Shown: positions 47,211 to 56,602, counted from the stretch's first letter. The stretch is DNA of 64,000 bases from a bacterium (GCA_030603395.1 JAUVXX010000003.1:30645-94644); one strand, 5' to 3'. Translations and numbers: made by a program. Notes: generated by a model not told the origin, from the letters alone.

Positions 47211-47222
47211 GAATGAAGTATT

Positions 47223-47795
47223 ATGAACGATATTGAAATTGAAATCACAGTTAATATTGAAAATAATAAACCGTTAATGGAATTCTTAGAGAAGAACGCT
47301 GAATTTAAATCAGAAAAGCATCAAGTAGATGAATATTTTTCTCCAGCTCACCGTAATTTTATTGAGGTTCGACCAGCTAAAGAGTGGTTGAGATTGAGAG
47401 ATGAAAATGGTAAGCATAGCATAAACTACAAGAATTGGCATTACGATAAGAACGGAAAAAGTTATCATTGCGATGAATATGAGACAAAGGTAGAAGATTT
47501 GAATCAGATTAAAAAGATTTTAGATGTTCTTAATTTCAAATCACTTGTTAAGGTTGATAAAATAAGAAAAACCTGGATATATAAGGATTATGAAATTGAC
47601 ATTGATTCTGTGAAAAAGCTCGGAGATTTTGTGGAAATTGAATACATTGGTAAAGAGAAAATAGATCCCAAGAGGACTACCGAAGAAATGGTAGATTTTC
47701 TTAAAAATCTCGGCTGCGGGAAGATAAAAAGAGATTATATAGGTTATCCTTTTAGATTGCTTTTTCCAGAAGAGGTGAAATCTGAAGAATATTAA
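47223..47795 (+). CDS. CYTH-domain protein (CyaB/ThTPase family)
   Basis: N-terminal EIEIEI (ExExK-like). WLRLRD and DFVEIEY strands are typical of the CYTH tunnel fold. Confidence 0.65.
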   Translation: MNDIEIEITVNIENNKPLMEFLEKNAEFKSEKHQVDEYFSPAHRNFIEVRPAKEWLRLRDENGKHSINYKNWHYDKNGKSYHCDEYETKVEDLNQIKKILDVLNFKSLVKVDKIRKTWIYKDYEIDIDSVKKLGDFVEIEYIGKEKIDPKRTTEEMVDFLKNLGCGKIKRDYIGYPFRLLFPEEVKSEEY

Positions 47796-47914
47796 ATCTC
47801 CACCAACCAGGTTCTAATCCTTCAATTCTTCAGGGCGGCATCGTCCCACATAGACGGAGCGCAGCAGTCGCTCTTTTCTTTTGGAAGAAAATCAATTATA
47901 TTAGATAAAGATAT

Positions 47915-49711
47915 ATGAAGTCTGAAGAAATTAGGCAAAAGTTTTTAGATTTTTTTGAAAAAAAAGGACACAAGATTGTATCATCAAGCCCGATTTTATC
48001 TACCGACCCGACTGTTTTGTTTACTACGGCCGGGATGCAGCAATTTAAAAAATATTTTTTGGGAGAGAAATCTCCTTTTGGAAAAAGAACTGTTTCCTGT
48101 CAAAAATGTTTCAGAACTTCAGATATTGATGAAGTAGGGGATGGGAGCCATTTAACTTTTTTGGAAATGTTGGGGAATTTCAGTTTTGGCGATTATTTTA
48201 AGAAAGAAACAATTGAATGGGCTTTAGAATTTCTGACTAAAGTTTGTAAAATTCCAAGTTCTAAACTCTGGATTGGTTATTTTAAAGGAGATAAAGATGT
48301 TCCCGAAGATAAAGAATCTTGTGAAATCTGGCAAAAATCAGGTATCCCCAAAGATAGAATTTACGGATTTGGTCGGGAAGATAATTTCTGGGGACCGACC
48401 GGCGAGGAAGGTCCTTGCGGGCCAACCAGCGAGATTCATTATGATTTAACCGGAAAGGCCTGCCCCAAGGGAAAAGATTGCCGACCCAATTGTGATTGCG
48501 GAAGGTTTATTGAGGTTTGGAATTTGGTTTTTAATGAATATTATCAGGATAGGAACAAGAAATTAACCCCCCTGAAACAAAAAGGAGTGGATACAGGCAT
48601 GGGGATTGAAAGATTAGCCATGGTTTTACAGGGCAAATCATCGGTCTTTGAAACCGATTTGTTTGAACCTATTATCAAAGAAATAGAAAAACAATCTTCT
48701 CAACCTCGGGCTGAAAATCCCAAAGCTTATAGAATTATTGCTGACCATATTAAGGGAGCGGTTTTCTTGGCCAGCGAAGGAGTTATCCCTTCTAATTTGG
48801 AACAGGGTTATGCTTTGAGGAGGATTTTAAGGCGAGCTATCAGGTTCGGGAAACTCTTAAATTTACCAAAGAATTTTTCGATTCCTGCAGCCCAGAAAAT
48901 AACGGCTATTTATCAGGACATTTACCTCAAAGTTAAGGCTCAAGAGACCGATGTTTTAACCATTCTTCAGAAGGAGGAAGAGAAATTTGAGAAAACTTTG
49001 GAAAAGGGATTGAAAGAGTTTGAAAAGAGAGTTTTCAGGAGAAAGCCAGATAAATATGGAAGAATTGGTGTTGCTTATGACCAACATATATTGTATGGAA
49101 GTGACGCTTTTGATTTATATCAAACGTATGGCTTCCCCCCAGAATTTATGAGAGAGATTTGTAAAGAAAGAGATGTTCAGTTTGATGAGGAGGGATTTCG
49201 TCAGGCAATAGAGAAACACCAGGAGATTTCCCGGGCTGGGGCAGAGAAAAAATTTGGGGGAGTGGGCAAAGGAGCAAGCATTGAAGCTGCCAAGCTTCAT
49301 ACGGCCACTCACTTACTCCACCAGGCCTTGAGAGAGGTTTTAGGTGAGCACGTTAAACAGATGGGTTCTGATATTACCCCTCAGCGACTCCGTTTTGATT
49401 TCTCTCATTCCGCCAAACTTACTGAAGACGAACTGAAAAAAGTGGAAGATTTGGTTAATCAGAAAATAAAAAAGGACCTGGTGGTAAAAATGGAAGAAAT
49501 GCCCTATAAGGAAGCTATTAAATCGGGAGCTTTAGCTTTTTTTAAAGAGAAATACCCGGAGAAGGTGAGTGTTTATGCTATCAATAGTTGGTCAAGGGAA
49601 ATTTGCGCTGGTCCCCACGTTAATCATACCGGAGAATTGGGACATTTTGAGATCACCAAAGAAGAATCTTCCGGGGCAGGTACAAGAAGAATCCGAGCGG
49701 TTTTAAAATAA
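47915..49711 (+). CDS. alaS: Alanyl-tRNA synthetase, short form (no C-Ala domain)
   Basis: FTTAGMQQFK and WGPTGEEGPCGPTSEIH catalytic motifs. Editing-domain HTATHLLH and CAGPHV are present. The protein ends at 598 aa directly after the editing domain. Confidence 0.9.
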   Translation: MKSEEIRQKFLDFFEKKGHKIVSSSPILSTDPTVLFTTAGMQQFKKYFLGEKSPFGKRTVSCQKCFRTSDIDEVGDGSHLTFLEMLGNFSFGDYFKKETIEWALEFLTKVCKIPSSKLWIGYFKGDKDVPEDKESCEIWQKSGIPKDRIYGFGREDNFWGPTGEEGPCGPTSEIHYDLTGKACPKGKDCRPNCDCGRFIEVWNLVFNEYYQDRNKKLTPLKQKGVDTGMGIERLAMVLQGKSSVFETDLFEPIIKEIEKQSSQPRAENPKAYRIIADHIKGAVFLASEGVIPSNLEQGYALRRILRRAIRFGKLLNLPKNFSIPAAQKITAIYQDIYLKVKAQETDVLTILQKEEEKFEKTLEKGLKEFEKRVFRRKPDKYGRIGVAYDQHILYGSDAFDLYQTYGFPPEFMREICKERDVQFDEEGFRQAIEKHQEISRAGAEKKFGGVGKGASIEAAKLHTATHLLHQALREVLGEHVKQMGSDITPQRLRFDFSHSAKLTEDELKKVEDLVNQKIKKDLVVKMEEMPYKEAIKSGALAFFKEKYPEKVSVYAINSWSREICAGPHVNHTGELGHFEITKEESSGAGTRRIRAVLK

Positions 49712-49732
49712 CTATTTTGTGATATAATTAAG

Positions 49733-50917
49733 ATGAAGTTTTTGAGATTTTTCAAACAAAAAAAACAAAAGGACTTTTTAGTTTTGGATTTTGGGACAAG
49801 CTCTGTCAAAGGTTTAATTTTTGAAAAGAGAGCCAAAGTAAATCTCATCAAAAAATTCTCTATCGGGGAGATAGAGAAATTTGGGGTTCTCAGTGCTGAC
49901 GATTTTGAGTTGGCTATCGTAAAGAAAGCAACCCAAAAAGTTATTGATGAGCTGGGAATCCAAGAGCAGATTTCGGAAATGCCAATTCTGCTCGGTTTCT
50001 CTCCCAAAATTTTAAAGGCAAGGATAATTAAAGTTCTCGTTAAAAGGAAAAACAAGGGACAGAAGATAACTAAAGAGGAGGAGCAGAGAATATATCGTTC
50101 TGTTTTAAAGAAGGCAGAAAAACAAGTTTCTGACCAGTTTCAAAAAGAATTTGGGATAATCCCCCAAGATTTAAAGATTTTGAAGAGAGAAATTTTAGGA
50201 AATAAGATTTCTGGCTATAACATTCATTCTTTGTTGGGACAGACGGGAGAGAATTTAGATTTTAAGATATTGATTGTTCTGGGATTAAGAGATAATCTCA
50301 AGATTTTCCAGCAGTTAAAAACTTTTTTGGGCTCAGAGAATATTAATCTTTTCCATGAGATTGAGGGCTTGGTTGTTACTGTGAGGAATAAGAATCTGAC
50401 TGGAATTTTTCTTGACATAGGCAAGGAATTTACCCAGATTTTTTCGATAAAGAAAGGAGTGGAATGGATAGGGGAGTTTCCGGTGGGGGGAGCTATTTTT
50501 ACCAGAGAGATTTGTCAAAACCTGGGTTTGACTGAAAAAGAAGGAGAAGAATTGAAACGACGATTTTTTAAAAACCAATTGAGTAAAGGGGTTCGCCAGA
50601 AAATAGAAGATATTGTTTCTGAAACCTCGAAGATTTGGCTCACTCAGTTAAAAGAAAAACTCAGAAAGAAAACCAAGGGTTATACTTCGCTTGCTGGTTC
50701 CCTTTATCTGATGGGCGGAGGAAGTCTTTCTCCGGGCATAAAAAAGGTCTTAGAGAGAGAAAGCTCCAAAGCTTTTCCCTTACCCCAAACTCTTAAAGTA
50801 AATTTTCTTAAGGTCAAAGATTTACCCCTGGAGGTTCAGGGTTCCATCCCTCTTTCCCCAAGAGCCCTCCCCCCAATTTTATTAACATTTTCTAAATATG
50901 CCAAAAAAGATTATTGA
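49733..50917 (+). CDS. Actin-fold ATPase, FtsA/PilM-like
   Basis: LVLDFGTSSVKGL (phosphate-1) and LMGGGSLSPGIKKVL (adenosine motif). Confidence 0.6.
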   Translation: MKFLRFFKQKKQKDFLVLDFGTSSVKGLIFEKRAKVNLIKKFSIGEIEKFGVLSADDFELAIVKKATQKVIDELGIQEQISEMPILLGFSPKILKARIIKVLVKRKNKGQKITKEEEQRIYRSVLKKAEKQVSDQFQKEFGIIPQDLKILKREILGNKISGYNIHSLLGQTGENLDFKILIVLGLRDNLKIFQQLKTFLGSENINLFHEIEGLVVTVRNKNLTGIFLDIGKEFTQIFSIKKGVEWIGEFPVGGAIFTREICQNLGLTEKEGEELKRRFFKNQLSKGVRQKIEDIVSETSKIWLTQLKEKLRKKTKGYTSLAGSLYLMGGGSLSPGIKKVLERESSKAFPLPQTLKVNFLKVKDLPLEVQGSIPLSPRALPPILLTFSKYAKKDY

Positions 50918-52187
50918 TATTTCTCCTCCCCCTGGAGCAAAACCTCAGGCAAGACCTCAAGTAAAACCTCAGGCAAGACCTCCGAAAATAAAAATGGAGA
51001 AAAAAGGGAAAAAGAAACCCCGTTCTTCTCTCCGGTGGAAGATTCTTGCAATTTTTCTGATTATTTTTGGTGGGGTGATTCTTATTCAAATAAACTCCAG
51101 ATTAACTTTGAAAATTCAACCCTATTTAGAGCCCTTGAGCTTTGAAGAGACTTTTGAGGTAAGGGTAGAAGCTGAAAGTATTAATCTTGAAGAGAAAATT
51201 ATCCCGGGAAGATTTTTTGAAGAGGACATTGAAAAATGGGAGCATTTTAAAAGTACCGGGCTCTCTCAAGAAACAGGGAAAGCCCAGGGAAAAATCCGAG
51301 TTTTCAATAGCCACAGCCCCTCCACCCCCATAACTTTAAGGGCTGGCACCCGCTTTCTTTCTTCAGACAACGGAAAGATTTTCCGTTGTTCAGAGAAGAT
51401 ATACCTTCCCGCCGCCAAAATCATCCAGGGAAAAGCTGTGCCAAGTTCAGTTGAGGTTAATGTTGAGGCCCAAGAAGTGGGAGAGGATTATAACATAGAA
51501 CCCTCTAACTTTTCTCTACCCGGCTTGTCCGGAAATCCCCTGTATTACACTATTTATGCTGAATCCCAATCTCCCATGAGTGGTGGTTTTATCAAAGAGG
51601 TAAAAATTGTCAGTACGGAAGACATAGCAAATGCCCAAGATTCCTTAATGAGAACCCTTTTCAGGGAAGCCAAAGATTTCCTAAGAAACAGAATTCCAGA
51701 GGACTTCGTTTTGTTGGAAAAGGCCGTTTTAGAAGAGGAAAGCGACGTTCGTTGTCTGCAGAAACCCGGCGGAGAGTATGTAGAGTTTTCTTGTCAAGGA
51801 AATATAAAAATCAAGGGCTTGGGATTCAAATTATCTGACCTGAAGGCTCTTTCAGGGGAGTTTGTTGCCAAGATAATTTCCCCCTCAGAAAAACTGGTCG
51901 AAGGGAGCTTGAATTTTGAGTACCTCAGTCAAAATTTGATTCTGGAAAAAGGAAAGATGATTTTGGACTTAAAAATAGAAGGAACAACCTATAAAGATAT
52001 TTCCACAGAGACGTTAAAGGAACAAGTTGAGGGGAAATCGAAAGAAGAGATTAAAGAAATAATCCTTAATAATTACCCCCAGATAGAAAGTACCAGCGTA
52101 AAATTTTGGCCCTTTTGGATGAAAAAAGCACCCAAAACTTCAGAGAGAATTAAAGTTGAGTTAATCTCTGATTTGTTGACTTATTAA
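50898..52187 (+). CDS. Hypothetical single-pass membrane protein with Pro-rich repeat N-terminus
   Basis: PPPGAKPQARPQVKPQARPP repeat, one TM segment, and a large extracytoplasmic domain. Overlaps the FtsA-like gene by 20 nt. Confidence 0.5.
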   Translation: MPKKIIDISPPPGAKPQARPQVKPQARPPKIKMEKKGKKKPRSSLRWKILAIFLIIFGGVILIQINSRLTLKIQPYLEPLSFEETFEVRVEAESINLEEKIIPGRFFEEDIEKWEHFKSTGLSQETGKAQGKIRVFNSHSPSTPITLRAGTRFLSSDNGKIFRCSEKIYLPAAKIIQGKAVPSSVEVNVEAQEVGEDYNIEPSNFSLPGLSGNPLYYTIYAESQSPMSGGFIKEVKIVSTEDIANAQDSLMRTLFREAKDFLRNRIPEDFVLLEKAVLEEESDVRCLQKPGGEYVEFSCQGNIKIKGLGFKLSDLKALSGEFVAKIISPSEKLVEGSLNFEYLSQNLILEKGKMILDLKIEGTTYKDISTETLKEQVEGKSKEEIKEIILNNYPQIESTSVKFWPFWMKKAPKTSERIKVELISDLLTY

Positions 52188-52218
52188 AGAAAATTTGCTA
52201 TTCTGATTAATTGATTTA

Positions 52219-52434
52219 ATGAAACAAGACAAAATTAAAGAGAATGGCATAGTATTAGAAACTTTGCCCAGCGCTAATTTCCGGGTGAAATTAAATAACG
52301 GAAGAGAGGTTCTTTGCGTTCTCTCTGGGAAATTAAGACATTTCCGGATTAAAATTCTGCCCGGAGATAAAGTTTTAATGGAAATTAGCCCCTATGATGA
52401 AAAAAGAGGAAGGATAGTTTATAGATTAAAGTGA
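52219..52434 (+). CDS. infA: Translation initiation factor IF-1
   Basis: [31 protein letters not shown]... Confidence 0.95.
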   Translation: MKQDKIKENGIVLETLPSANFRVKLNNGREVLCVLSGKLRHFRIKILPGDKVLMEISPYDEKRGRIVYRLK

Positions 52435-52436
52435 TT

Positions 52437-52553
52437 ATGAAAGTTAGAACATCGGTAAAAAAAATCTGTAAAAAATGCAAAATTGTTCGCCGGAAAGGGC
52501 GAGTTTATGTTATCTGTGAGAATCCCAGACACAAACAACGTCAGGGAAAGTAA
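52437..52553 (+). CDS. rpmJ: Ribosomal protein L36
   Basis: Own translation: [38 protein letters not shown]. Below the ORF-track cutoff. Confidence 0.9.
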   Translation: MKVRTSVKKICKKCKIVRRKGRVYVICENPRHKQRQGK

Positions 52554-52584
52554 ATATATTCCGAAGATAAATTTTTATAAAAAA

Positions 52585-52974
52585 GTGCCACGTATTGCCG
52601 GGACCAATATCCCAGAACAAAAACAAATAGAAATTGCTTTAACCTATATTTATGGCATAGGGAGGTCTTCGGCTTCAAAAATTTTGGAGAAATCTAAAAT
52701 TGACTCAGCCAAAAAGGCCAAAGACCTAACCGAGAAAGAAGTCTCAGAACTTAGAAAAACTATTGAAGGGAATTTTAAAATAGAGGGAGATTTGAGAAGG
52801 GCGGTAATGCGAGACGTCAAGCGACTTAAAGAAATTAAATGCTGGAGAGGAATCCGGCATCAAAAGGGTCTGCCGGTTCGGGGACAAAAAACCAGAAAAA
52901 ATTCAAGAACCATTAGGGGAAATGTCAGGAAAACAGTGGGTTCAGGAAGAAAACTGCCCCCCGCCCCAAAATAA
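52585..52974 (+). CDS. rpsM: Ribosomal protein S13
   Basis: GTG start giving (M)PRIAGTNIPEQKQIEIALTYIYGIG. Confidence 0.9.
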   Translation: MPRIAGTNIPEQKQIEIALTYIYGIGRSSASKILEKSKIDSAKKAKDLTEKEVSELRKTIEGNFKIEGDLRRAVMRDVKRLKEIKCWRGIRHQKGLPVRGQKTRKNSRTIRGNVRKTVGSGRKLPPAPK

Positions 52975-52985
52975 AATAAAAAAAC

Positions 52986-53438
52986 GTGGGAAAAAAAAGA
53001 GTCATCAAAAAAACTGAAAAGGAGACCTTGGAAGAGAGAGAAAAAGTTGAGCAGAAATTAAAGAAAGAAATTTCTGTTAAACCCTTACCGAAAATAAAGA
53101 GGGGAAAGATTTATATTACTTCGACCTACAACAACACCATAATATCCTTAGCTGATGAAAAAGGAAATGTTATTGGCTGGAGGAGCGCGGGAAACATCGG
53201 ATTTCGCGGAACGAAAAAGGGAACATCCTTTGCTGCCTCTCAGGTTGCCCAAGCCTTGGCAAATATTGCCAACAAATTAAAGATAAGGGAAGTTGACATT
53301 TTGGTCAAAGGAATTGGAGGTGGTCGAGAAACAGCCTTGAGGACTTTGGTCAATCAGGGATTGGAAATTCAATCAATTAAGGATGTTACTCCCATCCCTC
53401 ACAATGGTTGTCGTCCCCGAAAACCGAGAAGAGTTTAA
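52986..53438 (+). CDS. rpsK: Ribosomal protein S11 (N-terminal extension)
   Basis: IYITSTYNNTIISLADEKGNVIGWRSAG..GFRGTKKGT. Confidence 0.95.
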   Translation: MGKKRVIKKTEKETLEEREKVEQKLKKEISVKPLPKIKRGKIYITSTYNNTIISLADEKGNVIGWRSAGNIGFRGTKKGTSFAASQVAQALANIANKLKIREVDILVKGIGGGRETALRTLVNQGLEIQSIKDVTPIPHNGCRPRKPRRV

Positions 53439-53441
53439 ACT

Positions 53442-54077
53442 ATGTCAGAAAACAGCGTTTGTAAAATTTGTAGGAGGATGGGACAGAAACTTTTTTTGAA
53501 AGGAGAAAAATGTTCATCTCCCAAGTGCCCAATCATTAAAAAACCTTACCCACCCGGCCAGAAAGCGAAAAGAAGGAGAAGAAGGGGAGGTTCTGAATAT
53601 GGCAAGGAGTTAAGGGAAAAACAAAAGCTAAGAAATTGGTACGGGGTTTCGGAAAGACAGTTCAAAAAATACATCAAACAGATTTTATCCAAAAGAGGGA
53701 AGATTGAGGATACTGCCCTGGAATTGATTAAGAAATTAGAGAAAAGATTAGACAACGTTGTCTTAAGATTGGGCTTTGCTCACTCCAGAGCCCAGGCTCG
53801 CCAATTGGTCAGCCACGGTTATTTTTTGGTAAGGGGACGGTCCTGTAATATTGCCTCATTTGAGGTAAGGAAGGGAGATGTCATTTCGTTGAAAAAGCAA
53901 AAACAAGAGAAACCTTTTTTCAAAGAACTCTCTATTTCCTTGAAGAAATTTCAGCCTCCCTCTTGGCTTGAGCTCAATTCAAAAAAGATGGAGGGAAAGG
54001 TGATTGGGGAGCCCTCCTTTGAGGAGAGCGGAGCCCCAGCTGAAATATCTTCAATCTTCGAGTTCTACTCAAGGTAA
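53442..54077 (+). CDS. rpsD: Ribosomal protein S4 (zinc-finger type)
   Basis: CKICRRMGQKLFLKGEKC and the S4 domain RLDNVVLRLGFAHSRAQARQLVSHG. Confidence 0.95.
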   Translation: MSENSVCKICRRMGQKLFLKGEKCSSPKCPIIKKPYPPGQKAKRRRRRGGSEYGKELREKQKLRNWYGVSERQFKKYIKQILSKRGKIEDTALELIKKLEKRLDNVVLRLGFAHSRAQARQLVSHGYFLVRGRSCNIASFEVRKGDVISLKKQKQEKPFFKELSISLKKFQPPSWLELNSKKMEGKVIGEPSFEESGAPAEISSIFEFYSR

Positions 54078-54103
54078 TTAACGTAAATAAATAATAAAAA
54101 AAT

Positions 54104-54976
54104 ATGATTCCTTTACCCAAACCACCAAAAGTCATTCAAAAAAAAGGCAACACAGCCATCTTTGAAATTGAAGCCCTTTATCCCGGCTATGGGGTAAGCA
54201 TGGGTAACAGTTTGCGCAGGATATTGCTTTCTTCTCTTGAGGGAGCTGCCATCACTCAGGTTAAGATTAAGGGAGTAAGTCACGAGTTCTCAACTTTGCC
54301 AGGAGTTTTTGAAGATGTTATCATTATTCTGCTTAATTTGAAAAAATTGAGTTTCAAGATGTTTACTTCAGAACCCCAGACAATTGTTCTCAGAGAAAAA
54401 GGACAAAAAGAAGTTAAAGCCAAGAATTTCAAATTGTCTCCACAGGTGGAACTTACCACCCCCGAAGCTCATATCGCCGCCCTAACCAGTAAAAAAGCAG
54501 AGCTCAATCTGGAAGCTCAAATCGAGCAGGGAGTTGGCTATTCTCCCACCGAAGAAAGAGAACAGAAAAAAGCTGAGGTAGGAGTGATTCCGATAGATGC
54601 CATTTTCACCCCTGTTAAAAAGGTGAGTTTTCATGTAGAAAATATGAGGGTAGGGAAAAGGACCGACTTCGATAGATTAAAGCTCGAGATTGAAACCGAT
54701 GGAACCATCTCTCCTGAAGAGGCTTTGAGAGAGAGTTCAGAGATTCTTCTCAATCACTTTTCATTGTTTTCACAAGAAATTGGCAAAAAAATATCAGGGA
54801 AAGAAAAGAAAAAGAAAAAGAAACCCGTCGCCTCCACCCCCGCTAAAGCTAAGGCTGGCAAGAAAATTAAGACAGGCAAGAAAGAAAAGACGAAAAAACA
54901 AGCAGAAAAAAAGAAAACCCCTAAAAAAGCAGCTAAAAGTTATGAGAAAAAGAAAACAAGGAAAAAAGTTTCATAG
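54104..54976 (+). CDS. rpoA: RNA polymerase alpha subunit: N-terminal domain only, followed by a 65-aa Lys/Ala/Pro-rich tail
   Basis: The NTD motifs GYGVSMGNSLRRILLSS and VIPIDAIFTPVKKVSFHVENMRVGKRTDFDRL are present. After about aa 225 the sequence is KKISGKEKKKKKKPVASTPAKAKAGKK..., and no HhH alpha-CTD can be recognised. Confidence 0.85.
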   Translation: MIPLPKPPKVIQKKGNTAIFEIEALYPGYGVSMGNSLRRILLSSLEGAAITQVKIKGVSHEFSTLPGVFEDVIIILLNLKKLSFKMFTSEPQTIVLREKGQKEVKAKNFKLSPQVELTTPEAHIAALTSKKAELNLEAQIEQGVGYSPTEEREQKKAEVGVIPIDAIFTPVKKVSFHVENMRVGKRTDFDRLKLEIETDGTISPEEALRESSEILLNHFSLFSQEIGKKISGKEKKKKKKPVASTPAKAKAGKKIKTGKKEKTKKQAEKKKTPKKAAKSYEKKKTRKKVS

Positions 54977-55292
54977 GACAAAAGACCGGAGAAAGGCGTT
55001 GATTAGAGGATTGGCTGAAGAACTTTTTAAAAGAGGAAAGATTAAAACCACCGAAACTAAAGCAAAAACCCTTAAAAGATTTGCTGAAAAATTTTTGACC
55101 AGAGCCCAAAAAGGAGATCTGGCTGCCAGACGTTATTTGGCTCGTTCTTTTTCAAAGAAATTAACCAAAAAAATAGTTGATGAAATTGCTCCAAGATTTA
55201 AAGAAAGAAAAGGCGGCTATACCAGAATTGTCAAATTGGAACCAAGAAAGTCGGATGGAGCCAAGATGGCCATCATTGAATTATTAAAATGA
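54942..55292 (+). CDS. rplQ: Ribosomal protein L17
   Basis: [28 protein letters not shown]. The start lies inside the rpoA tail in another frame, giving a 35-nt overlap. Confidence 0.9.
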   Translation: MRKRKQGKKFHRTKDRRKALIRGLAEELFKRGKIKTTETKAKTLKRFAEKFLTRAQKGDLAARRYLARSFSKKLTKKIVDEIAPRFKERKGGYTRIVKLEPRKSDGAKMAIIELLK

Positions 55293-55636
55293 AACGTCAG
55301 ACTCACACTATTGATGCTGCTAATAAACCTCTGGGAAGATTGGCTACTCAAATCGCCACTCTTTTGCGAGGAAAACATAAACCGGATTTTATACCCTACC
55401 AAGACGTAGGGGATTTCGTTGTAGTGACAAATATAAATAAAATAAAAGTAACTGGTAAAAAAATGAAACAGAAAATATATTATCATTATTCAGGTTTCCC
55501 GGGGGGTCTTAAAAAAATACCCATGGAGACCCTTTTCAAAAAAAATCCCCAGGAGGTTTTAAAAAAAGCGGTTTGGGGAATGCTGCCCAAGAATAAATTA
55601 AGACCAAAAATGATAAAACGGCTTCAATTTAAGTAA
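55289..55636 (+). CDS. rplM: Ribosomal protein L13
   Basis: [25 protein letters not shown]. Confidence 0.95.
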   Translation: MKRQTHTIDAANKPLGRLATQIATLLRGKHKPDFIPYQDVGDFVVVTNINKIKVTGKKMKQKIYYHYSGFPGGLKKIPMETLFKKNPQEVLKKAVWGMLPKNKLRPKMIKRLQFK

Positions 55637-55638
55637 TC

Positions 55639-56130
55639 ATGGTTAAAACTAAAAAAACAACTAAGAAAAAAACCAAACTAGCCAAAAAAAAGGTAGAAAA
55701 AAAGGTAAAGAAAATTCCCGAGAAGAAAGTAGAGAAAAAGGCAAAATATTTTGAAGCAGTAGGCAGGCGGAAGACAGCTACGGCTAGAGTTCGGCTTTTT
55801 ACCCAGGGAGAGAAGGGGATGACCGTAAACAATAAATCCTACAAAGTTTATTTTCCCATATTCTCTTTGCAAAAAACCGTGAAAGAAGCTTTGGAGGAGA
55901 TAAAATGGCAGGATAAGTTTAGAATTTCAGTTGTCGTCAAGGGGGGAGGTTTAAGTGGCCAGGCCGAAGCCATTCGTCACGGCATTGCCAGAGCCCTGGT
56001 TGTCCTTAATCCTGATTTTAGGAAGAGATTGAGAAAACTCGGTTTTCTTACCCGCGACCCCCGCATGAGAGAGAGGAAGAAATTTGGCTTAAAACGTGCC
56101 CGCCGTGGCCCCCAGTGGTCAAAACGATAA
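55639..56130 (+). CDS. rpsI: Ribosomal protein S9 (Lys-rich N-terminal extension)
   Basis: AVGRRKTATARVRLF...GGGLSGQAEAIRHGIARAL...KKFGLKRARR. Confidence 0.95.
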   Translation: MVKTKKTTKKKTKLAKKKVEKKVKKIPEKKVEKKAKYFEAVGRRKTATARVRLFTQGEKGMTVNNKSYKVYFPIFSLQKTVKEALEEIKWQDKFRISVVVKGGGLSGQAEAIRHGIARALVVLNPDFRKRLRKLGFLTRDPRMRERKKFGLKRARRGPQWSKR

Positions 56131-56148
56131 AGTAGCACTCCGCAGACA

Positions 56149-56180
56149 CCCGCCAGTTCTAAATGAACTGGCGGGTTTTT
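56149..56180 (+). terminator. Rho-independent terminator ending the ribosomal operon
   Basis: 11-bp perfect stem cccgccagttc/gaactggcggg with a 5-nt loop and a T5 run. Confidence 0.8.
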
Positions 56181-56194
56181 CATTATATCAGTTA

Positions 56195-56240
56195 GCCACT
56201 GACTCTGGGGGTTTGGGATAATGTCCTCAGAGTGAGTGGC
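56195..56240. repeat. Inverted repeat at the left edge of the G+C-richer block
   Basis: gccactgactctg (56195-56207) and cagagtgagtggc (56228-56240) match 12/13 as reverse complements. Confidence 0.6.
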
Positions 56241-56252
56241 GAACCACTCAAT

Positions 56253-56262
56253 AAAGGCCGCA
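56253..56262 (+). promoter_or_regulatory. AAAGGYCGR-type motif copy (aaaggccgca)
   Basis: 52 nt upstream of the ATG at 56305. Confidence 0.4.
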
Positions 56263-56304
56263 AGACGGAAAACTTGTAAAAACCAACTTAAAGAAAGAGA
56301 AATC

Positions 56305-56481
56305 ATGGAAACACTAAAGCAAGTTGCTCTCTGCACAGCTGGGATATCCGTAGCGATAGTAGCCGCCCACGTCTTCATCCTGCTCTTTATGATCATCGGA
56401 ATAATGATCGGGTCCGACCAGATCCAGCACACTCCCTATTGGGATGGCCTGCTAAGAGCCGTGATTAATCTCCTGAACTAA
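56305..56481 (+). CDS. Small hypothetical membrane protein
   Basis: METLKQVALCTAGISVAIVAAHVFILLFMIIGIMIG... has two hydrophobic segments. Start taken at the internal ATG of the 81-aa ORF. Confidence 0.4.
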   Translation: METLKQVALCTAGISVAIVAAHVFILLFMIIGIMIGSDQIQHTPYWDGLLRAVINLLN

Positions 56482-56482
56482 C

Positions 56483-56602
56483 ATGGATGAATCAATAGAA
56501 AAAACAGAGGTCGAAGAAGTCCAGGGAGAAGGCTACCGGCAGGAGCAAACAGAAAAAGAAGAGAAGGAAAGATTAGACAACTTTGATTTCTCAGAGCTAT
56601 GA
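56483..56602 (+). CDS. Possible 39-aa acidic peptide
   Basis: Own translation: MDESIEKTEVEEVQGEGYRQEQTEKEEKERLDNFDFSEL. Its stop overlaps the next start codon (ATGA). Confidence 0.3.
   Translation: MDESIEKTEVEEVQGEGYRQEQTEKEEKERLDNFDFSEL

Noticed and set aside
47796-47860. caggttctaatcct resembling a tRNA T-arm upstream of alaS. It could be a tRNA fragment or T-box-like element.
   Set aside because: Only a 3-bp T-stem is possible. There is no acceptor or anticodon arm and no T-box specifier or antiterminator features. Only the hairpin gagcg-cagcagt-cgctc plus T-run (about 47861-47885) is noted, as the probable CYTH gene terminator.
54780-54941. A long Lys-rich N-terminal extension of L17 (ORF-track start at 54780).
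   Set aside because: This region is the alternative frame of the rpoA tail. L17 homology begins at [10 protein letters not shown] (54942).
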